Source: Spirochaetota bacterium (GTDB lineage: Bacteria > Spirochaetota > UBA4802 > UBA5550). Taken from it: a stretch of 64,000 bases of DNA. A program made the translations under genes and the position numbers. The notes under the pieces were generated by a model, which was not told the origin of the DNA, did not search any database, and was given only the letters and a program-made list of their open reading frames with translations. Below, piece by piece: positions 1 to 9,067 of the stretch. The DNA lies in assembly GCA_963663865.1 (NCBI GenBank), contig OY760686.1:1280001-1344000 (forward strand), in the 5' to 3' direction. The stretch's first letter is position 1. The number at the start of each line of letters is the position of its first letter.

Positions 1-307
1 TTAAAATATCCCAATAAACGAAATATTTGATGATAATAAAAAAACTGCCTGTACTGTAAACACAATTTTCCAAAAAATCAGCCGGAGAATTTAAGATAAT
101 ACCCCGACACAGCCTATATGTCAAATGTAACTATGCTAAAAAATTAGTATCCTTTCTGTAAAAATGGAGGAAAGTTGGTCGGGGCTGGCGTGGACAATGA
201 AAATTATTGAATAAATTCTTTTTCCGCTCTGAGTTGAAGCCGACAATTAAACTGTGGTGTGAAATGAAAACACTGCATATACCTTCCACATATATCAGGA
301 GAAAACA

Positions 308-439
308 ATGAAATGCGTTAAGTGCGGCAAAGATCTTGAACAACAGCACTATTTTTTTGTTCCCGCCGAGCCGGGGAAAGCCGGAGGCCGGTTCTGCATA
401 AAATGCGCGAGAGAGGAAAAAATAGTAACCCTGGTCTGA
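308..439 (+). CDS. Small 43-aa zinc-ribbon-like protein (two CxxC motifs), absent from the ORF track
   Basis: AGGAG SD upstream of ATG 308. Translates MKCVKCGKDLEQQHYFFVPAEPGKAGGRFCIKCAREEKIVTLV; TGA at 437-439. Confidence 0.65.
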   Translation: MKCVKCGKDLEQQHYFFVPAEPGKAGGRFCIKCAREEKIVTLV

Positions 440-540
440 TGTATGCGGGCTTGAGATTGGTCCCGGAAATTGTCCTTGTCATATCGGCGGGCGTTTGAAT
501 TCTGTAACATGGCTTTTAATGAAGAGAGTGGAGTTCTGTC

Positions 541-1356
541 ATGTTGAGAATTATACCGGGGATAATTTTGACTGCCCTTGTGTCGACTGTATCGGTTTTT
601 CCCGGAACTGACTTTCCAGAGAGGGCGGTATCTCTTTCGCCCTCAATAACGAGACAGATGATTGATCTGGGCCTCGGTGACAGGCTTGTGGGTGTCACCT
701 CGTATTGTCCTGATTACGGTCACAGAGCACGAGTGGTCGGTACTCTTATGAACCCTTCCATCGAAAAAATAATCTCACTTACTCCGGATATCGTCTTATT
801 CTCAGAAGAAGATTCAGCAATCCAGAAGACTTCCAGAATCATTTCGGCTGGAATGAAATGCAAAATGTTTCCATCAAACACGGACTTCCGGACACTGTGC
901 AATAACTACATTGACCTCGCCGTGCTGTTCGGACGAAAAGAACTGGGTGAGCACAAGGTTAAGCTATATAAAAATAAATTGAAAAAAATCAGCCGCCGGG
1001 GAGCAATGACGGCCGTTTTTCTGGTATCTCAGCGTCCGCTTGTTACAGTTTCAGGTAAATCTTATATAGGCAGCATCCTTGAGGACGCCGGCCTGAAGAA
1101 TGCTTTTCAAGGTCTTGGAACGGCCTATCCCGTTGTGTCTGCTGAAGCTATTGTCCGCACCAGGCCGGATATAATAATCGTTATGAATGAAGGGCCCGCT
1201 TTTATAACAGAGCTGCTGAAGGGGTTTTCTTTGCCCGCCGTAATCAATAGGAGGATAGTGCAAATATCCGATGAAAACATCGCTTATTACACCCCGTCTG
1301 ACTATATAGCTTCAGTTAAACAGATATCAGCTATTGCAGGGAGCAGGCTGAAATGA
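541..1356 (+). CDS. ABC transporter substrate-binding protein, BtuF/Fe-siderophore helical-backbone family
   Basis: Signal peptide; RAVSLSPSIT, LVGVTSYC and EKIISLTPDIV motifs; first gene of an overlapping permease/ATPase trio. Confidence 0.85.
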   Translation: MLRIIPGIILTALVSTVSVFPGTDFPERAVSLSPSITRQMIDLGLGDRLVGVTSYCPDYGHRARVVGTLMNPSIEKIISLTPDIVLFSEEDSAIQKTSRIISAGMKCKMFPSNTDFRTLCNNYIDLAVLFGRKELGEHKVKLYKNKLKKISRRGAMTAVFLVSQRPLVTVSGKSYIGSILEDAGLKNAFQGLGTAYPVVSAEAIVRTRPDIIIVMNEGPAFITELLKGFSLPAVINRRIVQISDENIAYYTPSDYIASVKQISAIAGSRLK

Positions 1357-2321
1357 AGCTTCCGAAAAAAACCGCCGCTGCTGTGTTTCTAACGGGGCTA
1401 ATCGCGGCAGCGCTGTGCCTTGGAGACAGGATATACAGTCCGCATGAAATGCTTACTATCTTAACAGGAGGCGGCGGAACAGATTACGATATATTGCTGA
1501 AACTTCGAATACCCAGGCTTTTAATGGGGCTTCTTGCGGGGGCGTCGCTTTCAGTGAGCGGCTGTGTTTTTCAGGCTCTTTTCAGAAATCCGCTTGCTGA
1601 GCCGTATATGCTGGGTGTTTCAGGCGGAGCGGCTGTAGGGTCCGCCGCTGCTATTGCGCTCTCGCTCCCCTTTGCCGCTGTTGTACTGTTTGCATTCGCT
1701 GGAAGCACAGCTGTAGTTTTAATAATCTTTGTTTTTTCAGCAAGGCTTTCATTCGGCTCAGCGCGACTGATCCTTGCCGGAATAGCCCTTGGCTTCATGT
1801 GTACGTCTGCGGTAATGATAATATATGCGTTTTCAGGGCCCGGAAGCGTTCACCGTGCTGTCATGTGGCTCATGGGTGATCTCTCAATGGCGCGTTACGA
1901 AATACTGGCCGCGGGGTCCGCTCTTTCGGCAATCTTGTTTTTTATTATTGCGGTTCATCACCGCCATCTTGATATAATATCATTCGGGGACAGGTTTGCT
2001 TCCGGTCTGGGAATATCAGCAGGTACGGAGAGATCGCTTTTTATGGCCGCTTCGGGCCTCGCCGCGGTAACAGTCGCGCTGGCCGGAGTAATAGGCTTTG
2101 TGGGTCTCATTGTCCCTCACATTATCAGGATGGTCTATGGTCCTGCTCACAGGCTGCTGCTTCCGCTGAGTGCGGCTGCCGGCGGAGTGTTTCTTGTAAT
2201 CGCGGACGCCGCGGGCAGGTCAGTTCTTCCGCCCTATGAGATACCTTCCGGAATAATCACCGGCCTGGCCGGCGGCGCCTTCTTTTTGATTTATACTCTT
2301 CAGGGCAGGGGAGTTGATTGA
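1353..2321 (+). CDS. FecCD/BtuC-family ABC permease
   Basis: LRIPR, Q-ALFRNPLAEPYMLGVSGGA and GVIGFVGLIVPH motifs; multiple TM helices. Confidence 0.92.
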   Translation: MKLPKKTAAAVFLTGLIAAALCLGDRIYSPHEMLTILTGGGGTDYDILLKLRIPRLLMGLLAGASLSVSGCVFQALFRNPLAEPYMLGVSGGAAVGSAAAIALSLPFAAVVLFAFAGSTAVVLIIFVFSARLSFGSARLILAGIALGFMCTSAVMIIYAFSGPGSVHRAVMWLMGDLSMARYEILAAGSALSAILFFIIAVHHRHLDIISFGDRFASGLGISAGTERSLFMAASGLAAVTVALAGVIGFVGLIVPHIIRMVYGPAHRLLLPLSAAAGGVFLVIADAAGRSVLPPYEIPSGIITGLAGGAFFLIYTLQGRGVD

Positions 2322-3124
2322 ACATACTATACGACATAGAAAGTTTGAAAGCAGGGTACTCGGCCAGCGATGTTCTGCGCGGTATAAGCTGCAAAATCGG
2401 CAGGGGCGAATTTGTATCAATAATCGGCCCTAACGGAGCGGGTAAGAGCACCCTGGTCAAGTCACTTTGCGGATTTATGAAGCGTTATCAGGGTAAAATC
2501 GACTTCTGCGGCGAAGAGATCGCTAAATGGAACAGAAAGGCCTTTTCCCGGCGAATCGCTGCTGTTTTTCCACGAGAAGCCTCAATGCCGGCTTACACGG
2601 TACATGATTTTGTATCCTTCGGGCTTTTTCCCGCGGGGACATATTTTTTTTGGGGGGGGGATGGAGCCTCAGGTGAAAGGTTGCTCGCCGCAATGCGCAT
2701 GTGCGGAATCGAGCATCTCGCCGGAAAGAGACTCAACGAGATATCTGACGGAGAATTCCAGCTCTCGCAGATAGCCCGCGCACTCGTGCAGAAGGCAGAA
2801 GCGCTGATTCTTGATGAACCGGTTTCCCACCTTGATCCGGCTAATGCCGTAAGGGTTATGGATACGCTCTACAGAATGCACAATGAGGGAGTGACGATTA
2901 TAGCGGTTCTTCATGACCTCAATCTGGCTCTTTCATACTCGGAAAGGATAATAGCTCTTAAAGCCGGGGAAATAGTCTACGACGGCCCGGCGGAAAATGC
3001 TGACGAAACTCTTCTGGAAAGGATTTACGGCACAAGGTTTGTCATGAACACCAACAGCGGCTTCACGGGCAGGCCCGCCGCGGTTGCACTGCCGGCTCAC
3101 TTAAAAGAAAAAAACGGCCCCTGA
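2318..3124 (+). CDS. ABC ATP-binding protein, FepC/BtuD-like
   Basis: Walker A GPNGAGKST, signature variant ISDGE, Walker B ILDEP, VLHDLN. Confidence 0.9.
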   Translation: MNILYDIESLKAGYSASDVLRGISCKIGRGEFVSIIGPNGAGKSTLVKSLCGFMKRYQGKIDFCGEEIAKWNRKAFSRRIAAVFPREASMPAYTVHDFVSFGLFPAGTYFFWGGDGASGERLLAAMRMCGIEHLAGKRLNEISDGEFQLSQIARALVQKAEALILDEPVSHLDPANAVRVMDTLYRMHNEGVTIIAVLHDLNLALSYSERIIALKAGEIVYDGPAENADETLLERIYGTRFVMNTNSGFTGRPAAVALPAHLKEKNGP

Positions 3125-3135
3125 GCAGGGCCGTT
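3113..3135. terminator. Probable bidirectional intrinsic terminator
   Basis: AACGGCCC-7nt-GGGCCGTT hairpin with an A-run upstream and T-rich sequence downstream, between convergent genes. Confidence 0.6.
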
Positions 3136-3144
3136 GTATTGTTT

Positions 3145-3804
3145 TTACCAGTCGTCGCTCTGACGGTCGGTGTATTTTTCTCTTACCATAGCGGTCAGAT
3201 CATCAAGGTAGAAGAACTGCCAGACCGGCTGAACGGTCCTGTTGGCGGGCCTGTACTGAATCTCCATAACCTTCATAGACCTCTTCTGGCTGAGGTAGTC
3301 GTCCTCCTGCTTGATGTCTGAGTCAAGCCTGACTATCATTTTGCGCCACCCGAGGAAATTTGTTGATCCCAGGATAATGCGGTGATTTCGTTTATCAGCG
3401 TCCTGCAGTATCAGCGAGATCTCACCGGCGAAGCGTTTTCCGTAAACCCAGAGTGAGAGTGTCCGGCAGTATTTGTTGATTATCAGTTCCTTTTCGGGTA
3501 TTATCTTGAAAACATCCCCGTACTTGCCGAACATCTTTACTCCAAGATACTTTTTGGAATTAGATACCGGAGCAGGGTAGACATCTCTTATGGCCAGTTC
3601 ACCCTTCTGGTTCCTTGTGACTGAAAACTTGAGGTTCTTCTCCGTTGTGAATTGTGTGGATTCAAAATCCTCAAGGACGGTTTCAAAGTATACCTTGTCC
3701 CCAATCTCTTCGGCTGTGGGCGGCGTCTTTGTGTTGTCGCTTTCCTGTGAATACGCAGGGATAATAAAGCAAAGTGTGAGAAAAAGTGCTGAGCTTCTTT
3801 TCAT
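3145..3804 (-). CDS. flaA: Flagellar filament outer layer (sheath) protein FlaA family
   Basis: Signal peptide; LEDFE, KYLGVK, LSLWVYG and LGSTNFLGWRKM motifs typical of spirochaete FlaA. Confidence 0.8.
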   Translation of the reverse strand: MKRSSALFLTLCFIIPAYSQESDNTKTPPTAEEIGDKVYFETVLEDFESTQFTTEKNLKFSVTRNQKGELAIRDVYPAPVSNSKKYLGVKMFGKYGDVFKIIPEKELIINKYCRTLSLWVYGKRFAGEISLILQDADKRNHRIILGSTNFLGWRKMIVRLDSDIKQEDDYLSQKRSMKVMEIQYRPANRTVQPVWQFFYLDDLTAMVREKYTDRQSDDW

Positions 3805-3856
3805 TTAGTCCTCCGATAGCGGCTGAATCAGCTGCGGGCTGTACCGTTCACTGATA

Positions 3857-3885
3857 ATCCTACTACTACGCCTGTTAAGTGTCAA
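3857..3885 (-). promoter_or_regulatory. sigma70 promoter of flaA
   Basis: Minus strand TTGACA-17bp-TAGGAT. Confidence 0.65.
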
Positions 3886-4059
3886 TTAAATCTTAGCAGG
3901 TGACAGCAAAAAACATTACCGATCGACTCGCCATAATGAAATTATGACATGGTAAGATAAATGACTATTATCACTGGTTTTTCTTCACTTTTTGGTGTTT
4001 TTTTGTATTGTTCATTTTAAATAAATATTACTGTTGTAAAATATTAACAGGAGGGTAAC

Positions 4060-4095
4060 ATGACCGATTACGAAACAGAAAGGATCCTGGTTTGA
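4060..4095 (+). CDS. 11-aa mini-ORF MTDYETERILV, possibly coupled to the next gene
   Basis: Strong AGGAGG SD before ATG 4060; stop TGA 4093-4095 overlaps ATG 4095 (TGATG). Confidence 0.35.
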   Translation: MTDYETERILV

Positions 4096-5717
4096 TGTGT
4101 AAGGTTTTATTCAAGAGATTCCTTGTTCCGGTTTTATTCGTCTTAACCGTAGTCTCTTCAGCAGGAGCCGTTTCTACCGGAACGGACTGGTGGTGGTTTC
4201 TTTATGAAAAAGATATCTCAAGCATGGACAGCTTCACGGCTGTACGTCCATTTTACCTGAAGAATAAAAATCCGGCTGACAGGACTTCTTTTACTGCTTC
4301 AATGATGCCTTTCCTATTCTGGAGCTATTCGAAGCCTGAAAATACAAGTTCTTCAATGTTGTTTGGACTATGGAACTGGAATTCTCACGGCGTAACAGGT
4401 TCCGGGGCAGAGAAAGATCTTATCATGTTTCCCTTTGTCTACTACGGCCGTGGTGAGTCACCCGGCGATAATTATTTCATGCTATGGCCTCTGGGCGGAA
4501 CCGTCAGGGGCAAACTGGGCCGTGACAGGATAAGCACCTGGTTCTTTCCGGGATTTTTGCTTTTTTTCCTGTATCCTCCGGCATCGCTGTTTTCCTGGAC
4601 ATCGCTTGCGTATACCGCATTATCATTTGTACCCATATACTACAGCTATGAGCACCTCGACTACAAAGCACGGGGAATTCTCTGGCCTCTTGTGAGAATT
4701 GGAGGAAGCGCGAAGAGGGATGAATTCAGGATACTGCCCTTTTACTCGCATGCTTTCAAAAAAGACAGATATCAGAGATACTCTTTTCTCCTCTTGTTCA
4801 ACTATGAGGAAGTCTATTTCAGGCAGGACACGCGCTACATGTTTTTTGCGTTCCCTGTTCTGGGCCGCAAGTGGAGCGATTCAGGAAAAATATCCTCCTG
4901 GACAATTCTGTGGCCCTTTTTCGCCTGGGGATATGACCGTGACAGAGGGCACAGTGAGTACCATCTTCCATGGCCTTTTGTTCAGATCGGAGAGTCAGAT
5001 AGTCCCCGCATGAGGAAACGGATATTCTTTCCTTTTTACGGAAGCTATACTTATGAAGGAAATGAAACAATGTTTGTGACCCCGCTTTACTTCAGGCTTA
5101 CAAAAAAAACCTCTACATATAAGTCCGATTACCACACAGCGGCTCTAATATTCTGGTACCGAAAGAAAGACTTTATTAAGCCTGACGCCGAACACGGCAG
5201 CTGGTGGAGATATTTCAAGATGTGGCCTGTCTTCAGCCTTGAGTATGATGAATCAGGGGCGTTTTCTTTTAATACATTGTCGTTACTTCCAATGCGGGAT
5301 AAGGAAGGTTATGAGCGGATGTATGAGCCCCTCTGGTCAGTTTTCGAGTACAGAAATAACGGTAAGGGAGACAGAAGCATGGGGCTGCTCATGAGGACAT
5401 ACTTTCAGAGATGGGGAGATGACTATTTTGAAAACGCTGTGCCTTTCGTGTTCAGCTATAAATCGAGACATGGCAGAGTTGCCAGAATGAGCTTTCTGCC
5501 TTTCGGAATGTTTTCGTATGAACATAACAGTGAGGGGAAGACACTCTCCTTGTTCTGGTTCCCGATAAGTGTTGGTGATGCGGAGCCTGAAATGGCAAAT
5601 CTCCCGCCCGAAGAAGCCGAAGCTGTAAAAACTCACTATGGGCCGACAATATGTGTTAGCTCTTTTCAACAGTTCAGGGATGTTCCTGACACTTTCTCTT
5701 TCACGGGGAGGTTATAA
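4095..5717 (+). CDS. Exported aromatic-rich repeat protein of unknown function, heading the mlaEFD operon
   Basis: Signal peptide; many (W/F/L)-P-(F/L/I/V) units; stop lies 2 nt before the mlaE start. Confidence 0.75.
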   Translation: MCKVLFKRFLVPVLFVLTVVSSAGAVSTGTDWWWFLYEKDISSMDSFTAVRPFYLKNKNPADRTSFTASMMPFLFWSYSKPENTSSSMLFGLWNWNSHGVTGSGAEKDLIMFPFVYYGRGESPGDNYFMLWPLGGTVRGKLGRDRISTWFFPGFLLFFLYPPASLFSWTSLAYTALSFVPIYYSYEHLDYKARGILWPLVRIGGSAKRDEFRILPFYSHAFKKDRYQRYSFLLLFNYEEVYFRQDTRYMFFAFPVLGRKWSDSGKISSWTILWPFFAWGYDRDRGHSEYHLPWPFVQIGESDSPRMRKRIFFPFYGSYTYEGNETMFVTPLYFRLTKKTSTYKSDYHTAALIFWYRKKDFIKPDAEHGSWWRYFKMWPVFSLEYDESGAFSFNTLSLLPMRDKEGYERMYEPLWSVFEYRNNGKGDRSMGLLMRTYFQRWGDDYFENAVPFVFSYKSRHGRVARMSFLPFGMFSYEHNSEGKTLSLFWFPISVGDAEPEMANLPPEEAEAVKTHYGPTICVSSFQQFRDVPDTFSFTGRL

Positions 5718-5719
5718 CG

Positions 5720-6541
5720 GTGAACCTTTTTAAATACACCAGACCGGTAAATCTCAGCCTTAAAGAAAGGGTCAGAAGCATCGGAAGTTCCGCTCTCCAG
5801 AAGGTCCTCTTTACCGGCTATTGCGTGGTACTGTTGAGTAAAACGATTTTTTATCTAAAAAATATTTTTTCCCGCAGGCACGAGGTAATCAAGCAGATGT
5901 ATTTTACTGCGGTGAAAACACTTCCGGTCTTGACGATAGTCGGCGTTTTTACGGGAATGATTCTGGCGATTCAGACCGGTCTTGAAATGAAAAACTTCGG
6001 CCAGGAGAAATTCGTGGGCAGGCTTATTGTTGCCACACTGACAAGAGAAATGGGACCTTTCATAGCCGCTATTATCGTTATTGCTTCTGTCGGAGCCGCA
6101 ATAGCCGCAGAGATAGGCACAATGAAGGTTTCAGAAGAAATTGACGCTCTTGAGGTGATGTCGATAAGTCCTGTGAAGTTTTTAGTCATGCCCAGGGTAG
6201 TCGCTATGTCTCTTATGATGCCTGTTGCAGCTGTGTATGTGACTGTTGCCGGAGCCGTTGGAGGAGCAGTTGTGGCCGTCAATATCATCGGCGTTTCACT
6301 TGATGTCTATTATCAGCAGGCTCTGCTTGCCCTCAATTTCAAAGCGGTTTACGTGGGGCTGCTGAAGGCCTCCGTGTTTGGAATGCTCGCTGCTGTTTTG
6401 AGCTGTGCAAACGGACTTAAAGCGGAGAATGGCGCAATCGGTGTCGGAAAGGCTACGAGGGATTCTGTAGTAAACGCGTTTATCATGGTGCTTATTGTAG
6501 GATATTTTATAACCGGATTGTTTTTCAGAGGCAGGATATGA
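5720..6541 (+). CDS. mlaE: MlaE-family ABC permease
   Basis: REMGP, AEIGTMKVSEEIDALEVM and VGKAT..SVV motifs. Confidence 0.92.
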   Translation: MNLFKYTRPVNLSLKERVRSIGSSALQKVLFTGYCVVLLSKTIFYLKNIFSRRHEVIKQMYFTAVKTLPVLTIVGVFTGMILAIQTGLEMKNFGQEKFVGRLIVATLTREMGPFIAAIIVIASVGAAIAAEIGTMKVSEEIDALEVMSISPVKFLVMPRVVAMSLMMPVAAVYVTVAGAVGGAVVAVNIIGVSLDVYYQQALLALNFKAVYVGLLKASVFGMLAAVLSCANGLKAENGAIGVGKATRDSVVNAFIMVLIVGYFITGLFFRGRI

Positions 6542-7284
6542 TTGAGCTCGTAAATGTAACAAAGGCATTTAACGGAGTAACTGTCCTGGATAATCTGTCC
6601 CTTAAGATTGAGCGGGGCGAAACCCTGGTCATAATAGGTATGTCCGGAACGGGCAAGACTGTGACGATAAGGCACATGTCGGGACTTCTTGAGCCGGATT
6701 ATGGAGAGGTTCTGATAGACGGAGTGCAGATTAACGGGGCTTCAGGAAATACCATTAAACAGCTCAGGGGGAAAATGGGGCTTGTGTTTCAGTCTGGAGC
6801 GCTTATTAACTGGCTGAATGTCAGGGAGAATGTGGCTCTTCCTCTTATTGAACGTGGGACCATGAAGAAGGATGAGGTTTACAGCAGAGTTGAGGACCGT
6901 CTGCGCCTTCTGCAGCTTGCGGACGCAGCGGATAAAATGCCCGCTGAGATAAGCGGAGGCATGAAGAAGAGGGTCTGTCTTGCACGAGTGCTTGTAAGAG
7001 AGCCGGAAATAATACTCTACGATGAGCCTACTTCCGGCCTTGATCCGGTCATGGCGACAGCCATAAACGTCCTTATAAAAAAAATGCAGGATGATTTCGG
7101 TGTAACTTCCGTTGTTGTTACCCACGATATGGAAAGCGCCTATTTTCTCGCTGACAGAATCGCGTTCTTGTATAAAGGCGAAATAGTACAGTGTGATATT
7201 CCTGAAAGAATCAGGGAATCGGAGCACCCTGTTGTCAGGCAATTCGTCCGTGGAGAGATTACCGGGCCGATCGATGTTTCCTGA
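6538..7284 (+). CDS. mlaF: MlaF/Mkl-family ABC ATPase
   Basis: GMSGTGKT, ISGGMKKRV, YDEPTSGLDP, VTHD. Confidence 0.92.
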   Translation: MIELVNVTKAFNGVTVLDNLSLKIERGETLVIIGMSGTGKTVTIRHMSGLLEPDYGEVLIDGVQINGASGNTIKQLRGKMGLVFQSGALINWLNVRENVALPLIERGTMKKDEVYSRVEDRLRLLQLADAADKMPAEISGGMKKRVCLARVLVREPEIILYDEPTSGLDPVMATAINVLIKKMQDDFGVTSVVVTHDMESAYFLADRIAFLYKGEIVQCDIPERIRESEHPVVRQFVRGEITGPIDVS

Positions 7285-7329
7285 CAGGGGCAGGCTTTTT
7301 TAATACTTTATACTATATGGAGGTATGGC

Positions 7330-7992
7330 ATGAAAGGAATGAGAGGAATAGAAATATCAGTTGGTATTGTTTTCATAGCAGCAATGGCTATTCTTGGATA
7401 TTACACGATATTAATGGGGCAGGACCCGTTTGAGGGGAAAGAGCTCAGGGAGTTTCGTGTCCTTTTCAGCGATGTAGGCGGACTTTCTGTAAAAGACAGG
7501 GTTTTTGTTAAGGGTGTGCTGTCCGGCGAGGTGGAGGATATAGCCCTTCATGAAGGAGTGGTGGAGACTGTTTTGAAGGTTTACAGAGAGTTCCCTGTTT
7601 ATGAGAACTATGTCATAAGTATAGACACAAACGCTGTGCTGGGAGGCAAACAGATAAATATCGATCCCGGTACTAAAAAAAACAGCGATGGACGGCCGTT
7701 AAATGAGCTCCCTGACAGCTTTCAGTTTGAAGGCAGGCTCAACGATGTTATGCGGTCAATCGGTTCACTTATTGATGATAATCGCGCGAATATCAATGCA
7801 TCGATTTATAATCTCAGGATTTTTTCTGAAAAACTGAATACTGACAGGAGCACGCTTGGAAGACTGGTCGGGGATGACACGCTGATGAACGAGACGGAAG
7901 GCCTCGTTAAGGACCTCAGAGACACGATTGAAGATTCACGGGAACAGGCGCCCGTAACGAGCTTTATCAGGGCCGCCCTTACTGCCTTTTAG
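7330..7992 (+). CDS. mlaD: MCE/MlaD-family protein
   Basis: N-terminal TM; F.DVGGL...V.VKGV..G.V and LGGK.I.I.PG MCE motifs; helical tail with TLGRLV.D. Confidence 0.88.
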   Translation: MKGMRGIEISVGIVFIAAMAILGYYTILMGQDPFEGKELREFRVLFSDVGGLSVKDRVFVKGVLSGEVEDIALHEGVVETVLKVYREFPVYENYVISIDTNAVLGGKQINIDPGTKKNSDGRPLNELPDSFQFEGRLNDVMRSIGSLIDDNRANINASIYNLRIFSEKLNTDRSTLGRLVGDDTLMNETEGLVKDLRDTIEDSREQAPVTSFIRAALTAF

Positions 7993-8570
7993 ACGACGTT
8001 TTCAGGCTTAGCCATTTTGAGAATGAGCGATATGAGTTCTCTTGGTTCAATGTCTACGGGATCAATTGTTTCGAAGAGACCGGCACAGAGAAGTATAATC
8101 TGAACAAGCCTGCCCTTCAGGATGTCCTTGTCATCTTCAGCGCCATTTCCGGATTTAAGAATGTCCCCGCACATGTTAAGGTGGGTGCGGAGAAAGCTCC
8201 GAATTCTATCCATAATCTTTTCATCTTCAAATCCGTAGAGAATAATGTTGATGAACAGCCTTATGTTTTGTTTATGCAGCAGAAAGCGTTCTATGCCGAA
8301 CAAAGTCGAAATAAACGCCCGGTCGTCCGGATCGAGGCCTTTTGTGATGCCGACGCTGTCAACTTCAATCTGTTTAAAAAAGTCTTCAATGAGTTCAAAA
8401 AAAAGTTCTTCCTTCGTCGGGAAGTAATGTCTGAGTCCTCCCTTGGAAAAACCGGCTTCAACAGAGACGTCCTCAATTGATATTTGAGAGTACACTCTCC
8501 GCTCCAGAAGGCGCTTGAGGGCATTGATTATAATCTTCTTCTTTTCGATCAATTTCTGTTCTTTATTCAT
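7989..8570 (-). CDS. TetR/AcrR-family transcriptional regulator
   Basis: N-terminal HTH SIEDVSVEAGFSKGGLRHYFPTKEEL. Confidence 0.9.
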   Translation of the reverse strand: MNKEQKLIEKKKIIINALKRLLERRVYSQISIEDVSVEAGFSKGGLRHYFPTKEELFFELIEDFFKQIEVDSVGITKGLDPDDRAFISTLFGIERFLLHKQNIRLFINIILYGFEDEKIMDRIRSFLRTHLNMCGDILKSGNGAEDDKDILKGRLVQIILLCAGLFETIDPVDIEPRELISLILKMAKPENVV

Positions 8571-8934
8571 TAAGCTGCACCAGTTATCAGGTATTGTTGC
8601 TCTTTTAATAGTTAAACGCCAACATTATAGCCGTTAAGTCAAGCAATATAGGTTTTATTTCAGCAGAATCGCTTTCATATTCACCGATTGCTGCGTAATG
8701 CAAGGCTGCAGGCAGAGGCAATTCTTCCGGCTGATATGGCTTTCCGTGATATTGTACGAAGCTCAGTCAGCAAGAAAAAGTTACCTGTGTTGAATTGGCC
8801 TATATTATCCATAAGACAGCAATTCGGTTTTGCTTCTCGAAATAAAGGGGGCTTTGCTGCTTTTTAGGGGGCTTAAAGGATATTTTATTGACAAAAGAAC
8901 CGCCTGAAAATCACCTAACTTAAAACAGTTACAG

Positions 8935-8998
8935 CTCCGGCAGCGCTATCGAGAGCGGTTCGGGATGCCGGAGAAATGATTTTTTCCGGTTTTTTTTT
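8935..8998 (+). promoter_or_regulatory. Putative transcription attenuator upstream of carB-pyrR
   Basis: CTCCGGCA/TGCCGGAG stem overlaps a CCGGAGAAA/TTTTTCCGG hairpin followed by a long T-run. Confidence 0.5.
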
Positions 8999-9067
8999 AC
9001 TGATTGTTATTGAAAATTGGGCCGGCATCTTTCATAATATCATAACGTAAATAAATCAGAGGTGACA

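Noticed and set aside
440-540. Cobalamin riboswitch before the Btu-like operon
   Set aside because: No B12-box or GGGAA...GCCCCCGC-type core visible, so the substrate is left unassigned.
4031-4050. CTGT...ACAG palindrome as a LexA box
   Set aside because: Spacer is 12 nt, not 8, and the context is AT-rich.
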